Virus record (IMG/VR): IMGVR_UViG_3300030328_003747 | Span: 1 to 64,000 of that record | Strand: one strand, 5' to 3' | DNA from: a virus | Length of the DNA stretch: 64,000 nt | Shown here: positions 44,740 to 55,523 of the stretch, in pieces | Layout of the letters: the number at the start of each line of letters is the position of its first letter | How positions within the stretch are numbered: the stretch's first letter is position 1 | Translations under genes and position numbers: made by a program | The notes under the pieces: generated by a model | Seen by the model: the letters and a program-made list of their open reading frames with translations, nothing else | Databases searched by the model: none | What the model was told of the DNA's origin: nothing

Positions 44740-45417
44740 ATGGCAGCATCAAAAAAAATAGAATCATTAGTACCTAAAGTAAAAAGAGAGGCTCCTAATT
44801 GCCCATCTTTTATTGTTATTGAGGAACTAAGAAATACTATTATCGATTTTTGTGTTAATACAGATATTTATTTAGCAGACCTTACACTTTTCCAGTCAGT
44901 AACTGGAATAAATGAATATGAGTCTAATGACCTGGACATTCCTTCAGGAGCAGAATTAAATCATATATTAGAATTTTTTTACGAGAACGGAGAATCCGAT
45001 GCTCAAATATCAGAAAAAAGTTTTTCAAGATTAGAACCAAAATCTTTAATTGGAAACCCATCTTTATTTGATTCATACGGGAAAGGACAGCCAAAATATT
45101 ATTCTCAAAAGGATCAAGAAACAATTTTACTTGCTCCCACCCCAGACAAAAATTATTCTTTATATGCATTATATAGCTTGAAACCAACATCAACTGCTAC
45201 AACAATTCCAAATATCATCATTAATGAATATCAAGAAACTATAGTTCATGGTGCTCTTTATAGGCTTCAGATGATGAAAGATAGCCCTTGGAGTGATTTA
45301 CAGGCAGCAGATTTAAATAAAATTATGTATGATAAAGGAGAGGCAAGAGCAGTCAGAAAAACTAAATATGGTTTAGTTGGTGCTCCTCTAACAGTTACAT
45401 ACCAGGAGTTTGTATAA
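44740..45417 (+). CDS. Second adaptor / tail tubular protein
   Basis: IDFC..T, LAPTPD, IVHGALYRL. Confidence 0.7.
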   Translation: MAASKKIESLVPKVKREAPNCPSFIVIEELRNTIIDFCVNTDIYLADLTLFQSVTGINEYESNDLDIPSGAELNHILEFFYENGESDAQISEKSFSRLEPKSLIGNPSLFDSYGKGQPKYYSQKDQETILLAPTPDKNYSLYALYSLKPTSTATTIPNIIINEYQETIVHGALYRLQMMKDSPWSDLQAADLNKIMYDKGEARAVRKTKYGLVGAPLTVTYQEFV

Positions 45418-45792
45418 ATGGCATATTCAACAACAATAAAAGTAGTAACAGGAGATACACATCCTGAATTAAATTTTACTTTAACTGATAGCAATACAGC
45501 GGCTGCGGGGAAAACATTAGACCCTGAAGACTCTACAACATTTGCACCAATAAATTTATCTGGTTCTACAGTTAAAATAAGAATAAGAAAAATAGGAACT
45601 ACTGCAATATTGGCAACTCTTACAGCCTCATTAACAACCCCAGCAGAAGGGAAATGTGCAGCTGTATTTACAAATTCAACATTTTCTACATCAGGATTTT
45701 ATGAGGGTGAAATAGAAATTACCAAATCAGACGGTAATATTCAAACTGTTAATGATTTAATTAAATTTAATGTGAGAGATGATTTTGACTAA
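45418..45792 (+). CDS. BppU-like virion protein
   Basis: GDT.P.L...L, INLSG.TV, G.YEGEIEIT. Confidence 0.7.
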   Translation: MAYSTTIKVVTGDTHPELNFTLTDSNTAAAGKTLDPEDSTTFAPINLSGSTVKIRIRKIGTTAILATLTASLTTPAEGKCAAVFTNSTFSTSGFYEGEIEITKSDGNIQTVNDLIKFNVRDDFD

Positions 45793-46958
45793 TGGCTATA
45801 AAGTTAACTGTAGAATATGTAAACCTACAGGCTTCAACTCAAACTCAAGAAGCTTCAGCATTAATAGAGTCTGCTCAATCTTCATCACCTAGTTTATCCA
45901 CAGGTTATACCAAGTATTCTGCTTCTGTTAGCAATCAAGTAATTGCTCCTTTAAAAGGGATTTTATTAAGTTACATAAAACCACACTTATCAACAAATTA
46001 TACAAATTTAAATCTTAAAATTTTTGTTGATTCAGATAGTAAAAACTTATATTTCTTGCCAGGCAATCCTAATGCAGAAACGATAACAGTCCAGGAACAA
46101 GTTGTATTTTCATTTAATAATGTTTTATCTGACCAATTTTCATTTTCAGATTTAACTTTATTTTCTGTTTCTAAAGGATTTCCAGAAACAGTTAATTTAT
46201 CAGAAAGTTCAGTAATATCATCTGATTTAGTAAAACAAGATCAGGTAACAATGTCTGAGTCTCATAGTTTTGGGTTAAGTAATGTTGCAGAAGAAAACAT
46301 ATCTGTTAGTGATATTACTTCATTAGCAACATCTATAAGTGAAGCAGATACATTTAGTTTTGCAGATACATCTGTTATGCACCCAAATTTAGGAAAAACT
46401 GAAACATTAAGTATGTCTGAATCTCTTTCTAGGGTAGTTTCATTTAATAGAGATTTTACAGACTCTTTTACTCTTGATGATAGAGCTTCTTTAGCAGACC
46501 CATTACAAACTGATTCTATTTTAAATAAAGACAATATAACAACGCTGTCTGAAGAACATATTTATAATTTTTCTAAAGTCCTTTCTGATTCTTATTCATT
46601 TTCAGATGAATTAAATTTTGAATCTAGTAAACCAATTAGTGAAAGTTTTTCTATATCTGAACAGAAAGCATATTTATTTTCAACACCTAGAACTGATGCC
46701 TTTAGTTTATCTGATTCTCCTGTTAAGTCTCCAGGTTTAAATAAGGCAGAATCTATATCTTTTTCTGATGAGCTTAACTCTTTTCAACTGGGAGTTGGAA
46801 AGACAGAATCTGTTTCATTATCAGAGACAGATGTGATATCTTTAAGCAAAGTAGATGCGGACTCCTTATCAGTAACTGAATCGATATCTTTTCAGGTAAC
46901 TTATGGTATTACTGGGGGTCTAAATACTTCTGCTTTAAATACCGGTGTATTAAATTAG
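45792..46958 (+). CDS. Ser/Thr-rich repetitive virion protein
   Basis: ~18-aa repeats K-x-x-(S/T)-(D/E)-x-x-S-x-S-(D/E). Confidence 0.65.
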   Translation: MAIKLTVEYVNLQASTQTQEASALIESAQSSSPSLSTGYTKYSASVSNQVIAPLKGILLSYIKPHLSTNYTNLNLKIFVDSDSKNLYFLPGNPNAETITVQEQVVFSFNNVLSDQFSFSDLTLFSVSKGFPETVNLSESSVISSDLVKQDQVTMSESHSFGLSNVAEENISVSDITSLATSISEADTFSFADTSVMHPNLGKTETLSMSESLSRVVSFNRDFTDSFTLDDRASLADPLQTDSILNKDNITTLSEEHIYNFSKVLSDSYSFSDELNFESSKPISESFSISEQKAYLFSTPRTDAFSLSDSPVKSPGLNKAESISFSDELNSFQLGVGKTESVSLSETDVISLSKVDADSLSVTESISFQVTYGITGGLNTSALNTGVLN

Positions 46959-46966
46959 GAGAAAAA

Positions 46967-47395
46967 ATGTTAAAAGACGGACTAAAATTAAAAGGTAAGT
47001 TACAAATTGCTTTAAATGGGGAAACCATTAAAGAAATTGATAACCTAGTTGTAACCGCTGGAAAAAATTTCGTAGCTAGCAGAATGAAAGATGCTTCCGC
47101 CACTGCCATGACTCATATGGCTGTTGGTACAGGATCTACTGCTGCTGCCGCAGGGGACACTGCTTTAGGTTCACAAGTTGGATCTAGAGTAAGTCTTACT
47201 TCTACTACAGTTACCAGTAATGAGGTTGCTTATGTTGCTACCTTTGCTGCTGGAACTGGAACTGGTGCTCTTACAGAAGCTGGATTATTCAATGCTTCTT
47301 CAAGTGGAACTATGTTATGTAGAACAGTTTTTTCAGTAGTAAATAAAGGTGCAGCTGACTCTATGACAATAACTTGGACTGTAACAGTTTCTTAA
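46967..47395 (+). CDS. Virion structural protein (tail/baseplate-like)
   Basis: NLVVTAG, MAVGTG, TEAGLFN, TWT.T. Confidence 0.7.
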   Translation: MLKDGLKLKGKLQIALNGETIKEIDNLVVTAGKNFVASRMKDASATAMTHMAVGTGSTAAAAGDTALGSQVGSRVSLTSTTVTSNEVAYVATFAAGTGTGALTEAGLFNASSSGTMLCRTVFSVVNKGAADSMTITWTVTVS

Positions 47396-47415
47396 TAAGA
47401 ACTTAGGAGTATTCT

Positions 47416-50400
47416 GTGGCAGTTGTTTTTAAGAACAATGCAAAAACAACCTTTAGTTCTGGGATAAATGACTCTGCAACTTCAATATCTGTAGTAGATG
47501 GCAGTGTCTTTCCATCCTTAGGAGCAGGAGAGGTTTGTTTTGTAACTTTTGATGATGGTGTTAACAATGAAATTGTTAAAGTTACTGCTATTAGCAGTAA
47601 TACTCTTACCGTTGTTAGAGCACAAGAAAGCACTTCAGCAAGATCTTTTTCCGCAGGCGATGATGTAGAATTAAGGCTAACTGCTGGAATACTTGGTCTG
47701 TTTTCTCAAACAGGCGTAGCTATTACCGATGAAATTGAAGCATATCTAGATGCTAACGGACTTACATTCCCAGACAACATTAAAGCTTATTTTGGTACAG
47801 GTAATGATTTAGAGATATATCACGATGGCTCAAACAGCATAATTTCCGAAACAGGAACAGGTGGCATAAAAATATTTACTGCGGGTGTAGCAACATCAGG
47901 GTTTTATAAAGTTGGTGGTGAAGAATTAGCAACCTTTGAACCTGATGGTCCAGTCACTTTATATCATAATGATAGTGCAAAACTAGCCACATCAAGTAAT
48001 GGTATAGATGTTACAGGAAACATATTGCTTGATGATGGCGATCCTAGATTATATTTTCAAACAGGTTCATCACATTACAATTGGAAAATAGCAGCACAAG
48101 ATTCAACAAACAAAGGTTTTGAAATATCAAGTGGGGCAGCAGATGGGGCTGCTACTAACGACACTTATACCCCAAGAATAGTTATAGAAGCTGATACAGG
48201 AGATGTAGGAATCGGAACTACCTCACCAGCAGGTAAGCTAATGGTAAGAGAAGATACTGCTGCAAATCCAGCAAGAATAATTGTTAGTAATGGTGGAAAT
48301 GCAGAATCAGGAACTTCATCAAGACTATCTTTTTATGAAGGAACAACTGAAAAAAGTTATATAGAAAGAAGAAGAGATGGTTCTGGGAAAACTGCTTTTG
48401 TAACACCAGCAGACGATAATCCATTTGTTTGGGAAAATGCAAGTGGCGAGTTTATGAGATTTACTTCAGGTAATGTAGGAATCGGCACTACCTCACCTGA
48501 TGCAGCATTAGATGTAAGTGGTGAAATATATGCAGGAACAGGAACTATAATACCTTACCTATCATATTCAAATGGCAATAGTACAGGCATTATAGGAACT
48601 AAAAGCAATCATTCATTAGAGGTCAGAATAAATAATTCTGAAAAAATGAGACTTACTTCTACAGGTCTAGGAATCGGAACTACCTCACCTGCAACTAAAC
48701 TTCATGTAATGACAGCATCAAATGGTGCATCAACAGTAGGTGGTGCATCAGATGAATTAATTTTAGAAAATAGTAGTGATTGTGGATTAACAATAAGAAG
48801 TGGCTCGTCAAGTGATGGAGTTATTAGTTTTGCAGATGCAGACGATCATAATGTAGGTCAAGTATATTATGAGCATGATAACAATGCTATGGTGTTTAGA
48901 ACCAATGACTCTGAAAGAGTAAGGATTAATTCTTCAGGTAATGTAGGAATAGGAACAAGCTCACCTGATGGAACAAGTAGGCTTACATTAGTACACCCAA
49001 GTGGAACTAATGGCAGACTTATATCTTTATATAGATCAGCAGGTGCTTATGGCTTTCATTTAGGAGTAGATTCAAATAGCCATTTTAATATATATGACAA
49101 TAATGGCACTAGCTCTTTGATGGCTATAGCCCATACAACAGGTAATGTAGGAATCGGAACTTCTTCTCCTTCTTACCCATTAGATGTTAGAAAAAATCAA
49201 GCTGGTTACACATATATTGCTGCTGATAATGCTAATTCGGCTGCATCAGGAACAGGTAGTGGTTTTGCTGTTACTGAATCTGGAAGTATTGCATGGTATA
49301 TGAGGGGTGAAAGAGATGGTACAGGTAAATTCAACATAGGAAATTCAGCCAATAGATTAACCATAGATTCTTCAGGGAATGTAGGAATCGGCACAACAAG
49401 CCCCAGTTTTTCAGCAGGTTCTGGTTTAGAAATAAGTAGAGCAGGTCCTGCAACTTTAAGACTAGAAGATACAGATGGGACAACAGGTGCAACAGAATTA
49501 GTACAAGTAGATGCAGACGGTTATTTATTAACTCGTCAATCTAGTAGTAACTTAATTTTTGGAATTAATAGTTCTGAGAAAATGAGGTTAGATAGTTCAG
49601 GTAATCTTTTTGTAGGTCGTTCAGGTGATTTATATAACTCAAAAGCAATCTTTGAAGAAGATCAAAACGCAAGAACACAAATATTAGTAAGAAATAATGA
49701 TTCAGGTTCTAGTGCATCTTCTTGTATTACTTTAAATGCTTCTGGTAATAGTTGGGTTTTAGATTGTGGTTCAAGTAATAAAAATTCTAATGCGTTTACT
49801 TTAGCACTTGATGCTTCTGCAACTACACCATCAGAAAAACTTCGTGTAGATACTTCAGGAAATGTGGGAATCAACAGAACCTCACCTTCAGATAAACTTG
49901 ATATAAATGGAACAATTAGTTTAAAAAATAATAGTGCTACAGATGCACATTATATTCATATGCCTAGAGGTGGTGGAATTACTTTTTATGGTGATGCTAA
50001 CCAACATCATGGCATCTTCTCAAGAAATCAAAGCAATAGTGCAGCAGACGATATTATGATTAGCACTTATGGGGCTTTATATGTTGATTTAGATTCAAAC
50101 GATAATAATAGTGCAAGTGCAGATTTTATTGTTGGTAAACATAATAGCACTAGCAATAATTTATTTAATCTTAGTGGAGAAACAGGAAACCTAACCATAT
50201 TAGGAAATATTACTGCTTATGGCTCACCTTCAGATTTAAGATTAAAAGAAAATATAGCCACAATAGAAAATCCATTAGATAAAGTTTCTCAACTTAGAGG
50301 TGTAACCTTTAATTACAAAGAAGATGGCTCAAAATCAACAGGTCTTATTGCTCAAGAACTAGAAAAAGTCTTACCTGAAGTCGTATATGAGACTGAAGAT

Positions 50401-50598
50401 ATTAATGATTCTGATAATAAATTCAAAGCTGTAAGATACGGAAATGTTGTTGGATTATTAGTTGAAGCTATTAAAGAGTTGAAAGTAGAAATAGAAGAAT
50501 TAAAAAAAGATTCACACCCACCAAAAGGGCTACACGATCTTGATGGTTCAAAAGACCTGTTAGAAAGAATTAAAAAGTTAGAGGAAAAATATGCCTAA
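47416..50598 (+). CDS. Long tail fibre with C-terminal intramolecular chaperone (peptidase S74)
   Basis: NNA.T N-terminus, multiple GNVGIGTTSP modules, SDLRLKENI...GLIAQELEKVLPE...LLVEAIKEL. Confidence 0.9.
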   Translation: MAVVFKNNAKTTFSSGINDSATSISVVDGSVFPSLGAGEVCFVTFDDGVNNEIVKVTAISSNTLTVVRAQESTSARSFSAGDDVELRLTAGILGLFSQTGVAITDEIEAYLDANGLTFPDNIKAYFGTGNDLEIYHDGSNSIISETGTGGIKIFTAGVATSGFYKVGGEELATFEPDGPVTLYHNDSAKLATSSNGIDVTGNILLDDGDPRLYFQTGSSHYNWKIAAQDSTNKGFEISSGAADGAATNDTYTPRIVIEADTGDVGIGTTSPAGKLMVREDTAANPARIIVSNGGNAESGTSSRLSFYEGTTEKSYIERRRDGSGKTAFVTPADDNPFVWENASGEFMRFTSGNVGIGTTSPDAALDVSGEIYAGTGTIIPYLSYSNGNSTGIIGTKSNHSLEVRINNSEKMRLTSTGLGIGTTSPATKLHVMTASNGASTVGGASDELILENSSDCGLTIRSGSSSDGVISFADADDHNVGQVYYEHDNNAMVFRTNDSERVRINSSGNVGIGTSSPDGTSRLTLVHPSGTNGRLISLYRSAGAYGFHLGVDSNSHFNIYDNNGTSSLMAIAHTTGNVGIGTSSPSYPLDVRKNQAGYTYIAADNANSAASGTGSGFAVTESGSIAWYMRGERDGTGKFNIGNSANRLTIDSSGNVGIGTTSPSFSAGSGLEISRAGPATLRLEDTDGTTGATELVQVDADGYLLTRQSSSNLIFGINSSEKMRLDSSGNLFVGRSGDLYNSKAIFEEDQNARTQILVRNNDSGSSASSCITLNASGNSWVLDCGSSNKNSNAFTLALDASATTPSEKLRVDTSGNVGINRTSPSDKLDINGTISLKNNSATDAHYIHMPRGGGITFYGDANQHHGIFSRNQSNSAADDIMISTYGALYVDLDSNDNNSASADFIVGKHNSTSNNLFNLSGETGNLTILGNITAYGSPSDLRLKENIATIENPLDKVSQLRGVTFNYKEDGSKSTGLIAQELEKVLPEVVYETEDINDSDNKFKAVRYGNVVGLLVEAIKELKVEIEELKKDSHPPKGLHDLDGSKDLLERIKKLEEKYA
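48199..49887 (+). repeat. Seven ~30-nt module-junction repeats (GNVGIGTTSP)
   Basis: ggtaatgtaggaatcggnacnacctcacct-like copies at ~48199, 48469, 48664, 48937, 49141, 49375, 49858; another at 83-112. Confidence 0.8.
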
Positions 50599-51112
50599 AA
50601 CTAGAGCAGTTACTATTGCTTTAACAAGTAGTGGAACAGATGTAACACAAAATGCTAGAGAATCAGACACTATAAATGTTACCGTTAATTTTCCTTCAGG
50701 CAAACAATCATCAGATTACAGTTATTCAGCTATAGCAGCAGCAGGTTGTTCAATAAGTTCTGGGGCTTCAGGCAATCATGGTGGCACTTGTACTATTACA
50801 ACATCTTCTTCAGGTACAGCTTACGATCTTAGATTTCAAATGTTTAAAACAGGAGTTTTAGAGCCACAAGATGAATCTGGTACTGTAACAGGATCAGTAG
50901 GTGATGAAATAACACAATTTAGTATTACTAGCGGAGAAATAGATTTTGGTGACATACAGACCTTTTGGGGTGGCAGTAATCCAATAGAAATATCAGAATA
51001 TTATAGAGGCGGATCTTATGTACCTTCTTTATCTGATACGGGTGATAATGACAACATACCAACATCAGGAACAATATCAATATCAAATTTTTATGGTATG
51101 TTCAAAGAATAA
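50591..51112 (+). CDS. Tail-fibre accessory/tip protein
   Basis: SGEIDFGDIQ.F.GG.NPI.ISEYYRGG...IPTSGTISISNFYG motif. Confidence 0.7.
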   Translation: MPKTRAVTIALTSSGTDVTQNARESDTINVTVNFPSGKQSSDYSYSAIAAAGCSISSGASGNHGGTCTITTSSSGTAYDLRFQMFKTGVLEPQDESGTVTGSVGDEITQFSITSGEIDFGDIQTFWGGSNPIEISEYYRGGSYVPSLSDTGDNDNIPTSGTISISNFYGMFKE

Positions 51113-51133
51113 TAAAAAAGGTATAATTTTTTT

Positions 51134-51472
51134 ATGGCAATAAGTTATACATGGAATACAAAACAACACGAATACTATCCCACACACAACAGTAAGTCTA
51201 AAGTTGTTCATACTGTTCATTGGAGATTACTAGCAACCGATTCAGATAAAGACGAAAATGGTGTTAATTATACAGCCGAAGTTTATGGCTCTTGTGCTTT
51301 AGACACTTCTGACCTGTCTAGTTTTACGGCTTATGGGAGTGTAGATGAGGCTAAAACTCAAGCTTGGGTAGAGGCCACATTAGGCTCTACAGAGGTAGCT
51401 AGCCTTAAATCAGGTCTAGATACTCAAATTGCAGCTATTAAATCGCCTACAAGTGTTAGCGCTAGTTTTTAA
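51134..51472 (+). CDS. Small tail-fibre-associated protein (copy 2)
   Basis: Paralog of 750-1088. Confidence 0.75.
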   Translation: MAISYTWNTKQHEYYPTHNSKSKVVHTVHWRLLATDSDKDENGVNYTAEVYGSCALDTSDLSSFTAYGSVDEAKTQAWVEATLGSTEVASLKSGLDTQIAAIKSPTSVSASF

Positions 51473-51504
51473 TAAGCAATTAAATAGGTTATTATAAGTG
51501 AGAT

Positions 51505-52986
51505 ATGTATAGTCAAGATGGAATAATGTCCCTAGCAAAAGCTGGGAGAAATGGTGATACAGAATTAGCACACCTTATGGTTGGTGAGGTAGTCTTACCG
51601 CCAGGTACTTTAACAGGCAATAAAAGGCTTAAAAACGCTGTAGAAAAAAGTTTAGCTAAAACAGATACATCATTAAGTGATGTGACTGTTGGTGGAGATA
51701 CTGTTTCTATCAATCCTTATACAGGATTACCTGAATTTGGTTTTTTAAGCAAACTTTGGAAAAAAGTTAAAAAAGTTATAGATCCTGTAGCTCAAGTAGC
51801 AAGATTTATACCTGGGCCTTGGCAAGCACCAGCAAATATATACATTAAAGGTAAAGCAGCTATTAATATAGCTAAAGGCGACGATTCAACATCAGATTAT
51901 CTTTCACTATTTACTGGTGAAAAAGTTTTAGGTGGTGATGGTGATTTAGAAAAATTTGGCAAAGTTGGCTTTGATTTTGGGGGTGGCGACTGGAACTTTG
52001 AAACTCTTAAAGAGGGAATTGGCTCTTTATTTGGGGGCGGAACACAAGATACAACACAAGAATATATTGATGAGTTCGGCAATAAGATAACACAAAGCGA
52101 ATTTGACAATATAACTAATGTTGCTGAAAAATCTATGTATAAACCTGTAGAATCAGGTAATTTTTTAGGTAATTTCTTTAGTGGTGACCCTAACTACGAC
52201 CCTACTACTGGTTCAGGTCAAAGCCGTTTTGGTATGATAGAAGACTATATAAAAGGACTTGGGGGTGGAGCTGTAGGTGAAATAATAGGCGGTATAGGTA
52301 GTTTAGTGGACAAATCTGGGTTAGATCCTGCTCTTTTAGCCTTAGCTAAATATTATGGAGATGCTACTGAAAAAGCCTTAGAAAAACAAACAGGCGGTAT
52401 GAGAGACATTAGAGACTCAATAAGACCAGATTTTGCATATAACACATCAGATGGATACGAAACATACGGCTTAGGCGGGTTTAATTTAGGATTTAGTAAC
52501 GGCGGATTTGCAGCAAATAATGATATTGCAGTAGATGTTTCTGAAGATCCTTATGTAGCAAGAACTTTAAACAGACTGCAAAGAGTATTTGTATATGGGT
52601 ATGAAAATATTACCCCACAAGATGTAATGGATTTAAAAAATATGAATGAAGAAAGTTTTAAAATGTCCCCAACCCAACAAGCAGTTCTAAATGTAATAAA
52701 CAAAAATACGAAAGGTATGCAGTACAATCAAGGTGGATCTGTTTTAGATATGCGTGATGGGGGCGAATCTATGGGCCCAGGAACTGGGACTTCTGATGAT
52801 ATACCTGCGATGTTGTCTGATGGTGAATTTGTTATGACAGCAAAAGCTAACAAAGGTGCAGGTTCAGTTGGACTAAAACAAGGCAAAGATGGTATTATGG
52901 AACTATCACCTAATATGGAGCCTGATAGACAAAGAGGTGCAAAAAACATGATGACTTTAATGAGATATTTTGAGGGTTTAGCATAA
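51505..52986 (+). CDS. Putative internal virion protein (phage B)
   Basis: LAKAGRNGDTELAH, SINPYTGLPEF, GPGTGTSDDIPAMLSDGEFV motifs. Confidence 0.65.
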   Translation: MYSQDGIMSLAKAGRNGDTELAHLMVGEVVLPPGTLTGNKRLKNAVEKSLAKTDTSLSDVTVGGDTVSINPYTGLPEFGFLSKLWKKVKKVIDPVAQVARFIPGPWQAPANIYIKGKAAINIAKGDDSTSDYLSLFTGEKVLGGDGDLEKFGKVGFDFGGGDWNFETLKEGIGSLFGGGTQDTTQEYIDEFGNKITQSEFDNITNVAEKSMYKPVESGNFLGNFFSGDPNYDPTTGSGQSRFGMIEDYIKGLGGGAVGEIIGGIGSLVDKSGLDPALLALAKYYGDATEKALEKQTGGMRDIRDSIRPDFAYNTSDGYETYGLGGFNLGFSNGGFAANNDIAVDVSEDPYVARTLNRLQRVFVYGYENITPQDVMDLKNMNEESFKMSPTQQAVLNVINKNTKGMQYNQGGSVLDMRDGGESMGPGTGTSDDIPAMLSDGEFVMTAKANKGAGSVGLKQGKDGIMELSPNMEPDRQRGAKNMMTLMRYFEGLA

Positions 52987-53735
52987 TGGCAGAACCGATA
53001 GACCCAATTTTAGCTGATCAGCGTACGGAAGAAATACTTTCTGACCCTCTCGTTAGGGCATTATTTTTTGGTTCTGAAGGGTCTCCTGGTTTTTATAATC
53101 AATTATTATCTATAGGACAAGACGCCAGAAGTCAGCTTGGGGGTGGATTGGGCATGTATCTGCCTTACTTACAAAGATCTGAACAGTTAGGTGAGGATGC
53201 TTATTCTGCTATTACTGATGAAGATATTAGTAAATTTATGGACCCATATGAAGATTTGGTTGTTCAAAAATCAATTGATGACGCTCTTAGAGGTTATCAA
53301 CAATCAGAAATAGGTCAAAGAGCAACAGATATTGCTAGAGGTGGAGAATCAGCATATGGCTCTAGAGCAGGTCTTTTTGCAGGAGAAAGAGCAAAAGGAT
53401 TTGCAGAAGGATTAGGCAGTATGGTAAGTGGGCTAAGATCAAGAGGCTTTGATCAGGCAATAGATGAGGCTTATCGTGAAAAAGGTTTGTTTGGCCAAGG
53501 AGCTCAATTCCAACAAGGATTAGCTGGTCTTTACCCACAATATTATTATCAAGACGTTATGAGACCTTTAGGTTTAATGCAGGGTCTATACAATATGTTA
53601 CCTCAATACGATCAAGGTAAAACAGCAATTTACAGTCAATATGGTATTCCTCAAGATCCTAAAGCAGGTGGCTTAGGAGCTGCATTAAGCTTGTATTCAG
53701 GATTTGCTCCTAGATCAGGTTATGGAGATGCATAA
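52986..53735 (+). CDS. Putative internal virion protein (phage B)
   Basis: FMDPYED.VV, AYGSRA, LRSRGF motifs. Confidence 0.6.
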   Translation: MAEPIDPILADQRTEEILSDPLVRALFFGSEGSPGFYNQLLSIGQDARSQLGGGLGMYLPYLQRSEQLGEDAYSAITDEDISKFMDPYEDLVVQKSIDDALRGYQQSEIGQRATDIARGGESAYGSRAGLFAGERAKGFAEGLGSMVSGLRSRGFDQAIDEAYREKGLFGQGAQFQQGLAGLYPQYYYQDVMRPLGLMQGLYNMLPQYDQGKTAIYSQYGIPQDPKAGGLGAALSLYSGFAPRSGYGDA

Positions 53736-53737
53736 GA

Positions 53738-55522
53738 ATGAGCTCATTCAATAGATCTAATGACCCCGATCATTTTAGAGGTAATTACAGCATACCAGAA
53801 CCTACTCCAGAACCTACTCCTGCACTAAATGACGAAAGTCCTACTTTTACACCTAATTTAAGCTTTGAATTCGTCGGAGCCCCGACATTTCTTAGACCTT
53901 CTATAGAGCTTACAGCAGATTACTCTAATCAACTTAACTTAGGCCCATTAGATATAGTTATGCCTGACCCTTCTTCTGGCAAAAATGTTGTTGTTACAAT
54001 GCCAGATAATTTTGAAGATATGATTAATAATGGAGAGTTAGATGGAATGACTCTTTATCCAATAATAAATGGTGCTGTTGGATTTGGTCCAGAAGCAGAA
54101 AGAATTTTAAGAAATTTTTCTAAGGCTGATGTTCCTTTTGGTGAAAAGCTTGGAATTTCTTTTGACACTAGAGGTAACAAAAGTTTTTATCGCCCAACAG
54201 ATGTGGGTGCAACTTTACAAGAAACTATTTTTGATGTGGGTAGTTTTTTAGAAGATTGGGTGGCTCGTCCTGTTTCTGGGTTTATAGGTGAGATAATTGG
54301 TGGTGCGACAGGTAGTATAGCAGCAAGAGATTTTGATTATGCTCCAACCAGAAGTGAAGTAAGTATATCAAAACTTTTAAGCATACCTGGGATGCAAATT
54401 CAAGGCGGCCCTACAGTAACAAAAGAAGATGGTGAACCTATAAAAGATTTTTCTGGTGATTTAGCAGAGATAGAGGCTGGGATAAATGAGGAAACTATTC
54501 AAAGCTCCTTGTTAGGTAAACCTTTTGAAGACAGCGCTCTAGCCGCAGTCACTAGAGAAGCATTAAAAGATGTTAAAGACAAAAAGCCTGTAAAAGAAGG
54601 CGAAGACGAAGAAGTAATAGAAGAAGTAACAGAAGTTACAGATGATGACAAAAAAGGCGGTAAAGATTTATCAGATACTAAGCCTGTTGGTTTTTTTGGT
54701 TCAGATAAGTTTTTATCTGCTATAAGAAATGTTGGTAAGTCTTTGGTTGAGCAAGGTCAGTTTGGCTCAGGACTTGCTTTAGGAGCAGTCGGTTTTGCTG
54801 ACGAACAGGCTCAAAGAAAATTACTTGCAGAACAAGCGCAGGCTGATATTAAAAAATTATTATTAGAGAAAAGTTTAGAAGGGCAAGCTTCGTTAGACCC
54901 TAAAGATCTAAAAACTTTAAGTGATTTTGAAAAAAATATCACTCAAAACTCTGCCGATTTTCAAGGTGGTCAAGTTGCAATAGGCTTTATGGATATTATT
55001 ATTGAGGAAATTGCAAAAGCACCACCAGGTAAAATTGGTGGATTCCAAGGGTGGGTTGATAGTACAGCTCAAGCAATTAGTAATTTTCTTGGGTATGATG
55101 TCCCATTTGCTGATTTAGCACCACAAGCAAAAATAGAAGCGTTAGCTAAAGTTGTACAACAAGGTAACCTGCAAGCAATACTTGGAGAATCTGGCAGAAC
55201 CATATCAGATAAAGATAGAGAAATAGTTGTACAAGTATTTGGTACGCCAGGGTTATTTGATAACAGAGATACAGCTTTAGAGAAATTACGAGCAAGCAGA
55301 AGTAAACTTATAAATGCAAATGCTAGAAGGAAAAATGATATAACCCTAGATTACAATAAAATTAGTGATCCTGCATTTGGGTACCAAGGTCAAGTATCAG
55401 CCCTACAACTCAATCCATTAATACAGTTAATACAAAGTTTAGATCCTTACTCTCCAAGTGCGGCAACTGTTAACAACCTAACATCCGAAATTAAAACTAT
55501 TACATTAAGACCAAAGGATTAA
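53738..55522 (+). CDS. Putative internal virion protein (phage B)
   Basis: LGESGRTISDKDR; position. Confidence 0.55.
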   Translation: MSSFNRSNDPDHFRGNYSIPEPTPEPTPALNDESPTFTPNLSFEFVGAPTFLRPSIELTADYSNQLNLGPLDIVMPDPSSGKNVVVTMPDNFEDMINNGELDGMTLYPIINGAVGFGPEAERILRNFSKADVPFGEKLGISFDTRGNKSFYRPTDVGATLQETIFDVGSFLEDWVARPVSGFIGEIIGGATGSIAARDFDYAPTRSEVSISKLLSIPGMQIQGGPTVTKEDGEPIKDFSGDLAEIEAGINEETIQSSLLGKPFEDSALAAVTREALKDVKDKKPVKEGEDEEVIEEVTEVTDDDKKGGKDLSDTKPVGFFGSDKFLSAIRNVGKSLVEQGQFGSGLALGAVGFADEQAQRKLLAEQAQADIKKLLLEKSLEGQASLDPKDLKTLSDFEKNITQNSADFQGGQVAIGFMDIIIEEIAKAPPGKIGGFQGWVDSTAQAISNFLGYDVPFADLAPQAKIEALAKVVQQGNLQAILGESGRTISDKDREIVVQVFGTPGLFDNRDTALEKLRASRSKLINANARRKNDITLDYNKISDPAFGYQGQVSALQLNPLIQLIQSLDPYSPSAATVNNLTSEIKTITLRPKD

Positions 55523-55523
55523 A

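Noticed and set aside
47416-50598. Diversity-generating retroelement or invertible fibre system
   Set aside because: No reverse transcriptase, template repeat or adjacent invertase; repeats are direct and in frame
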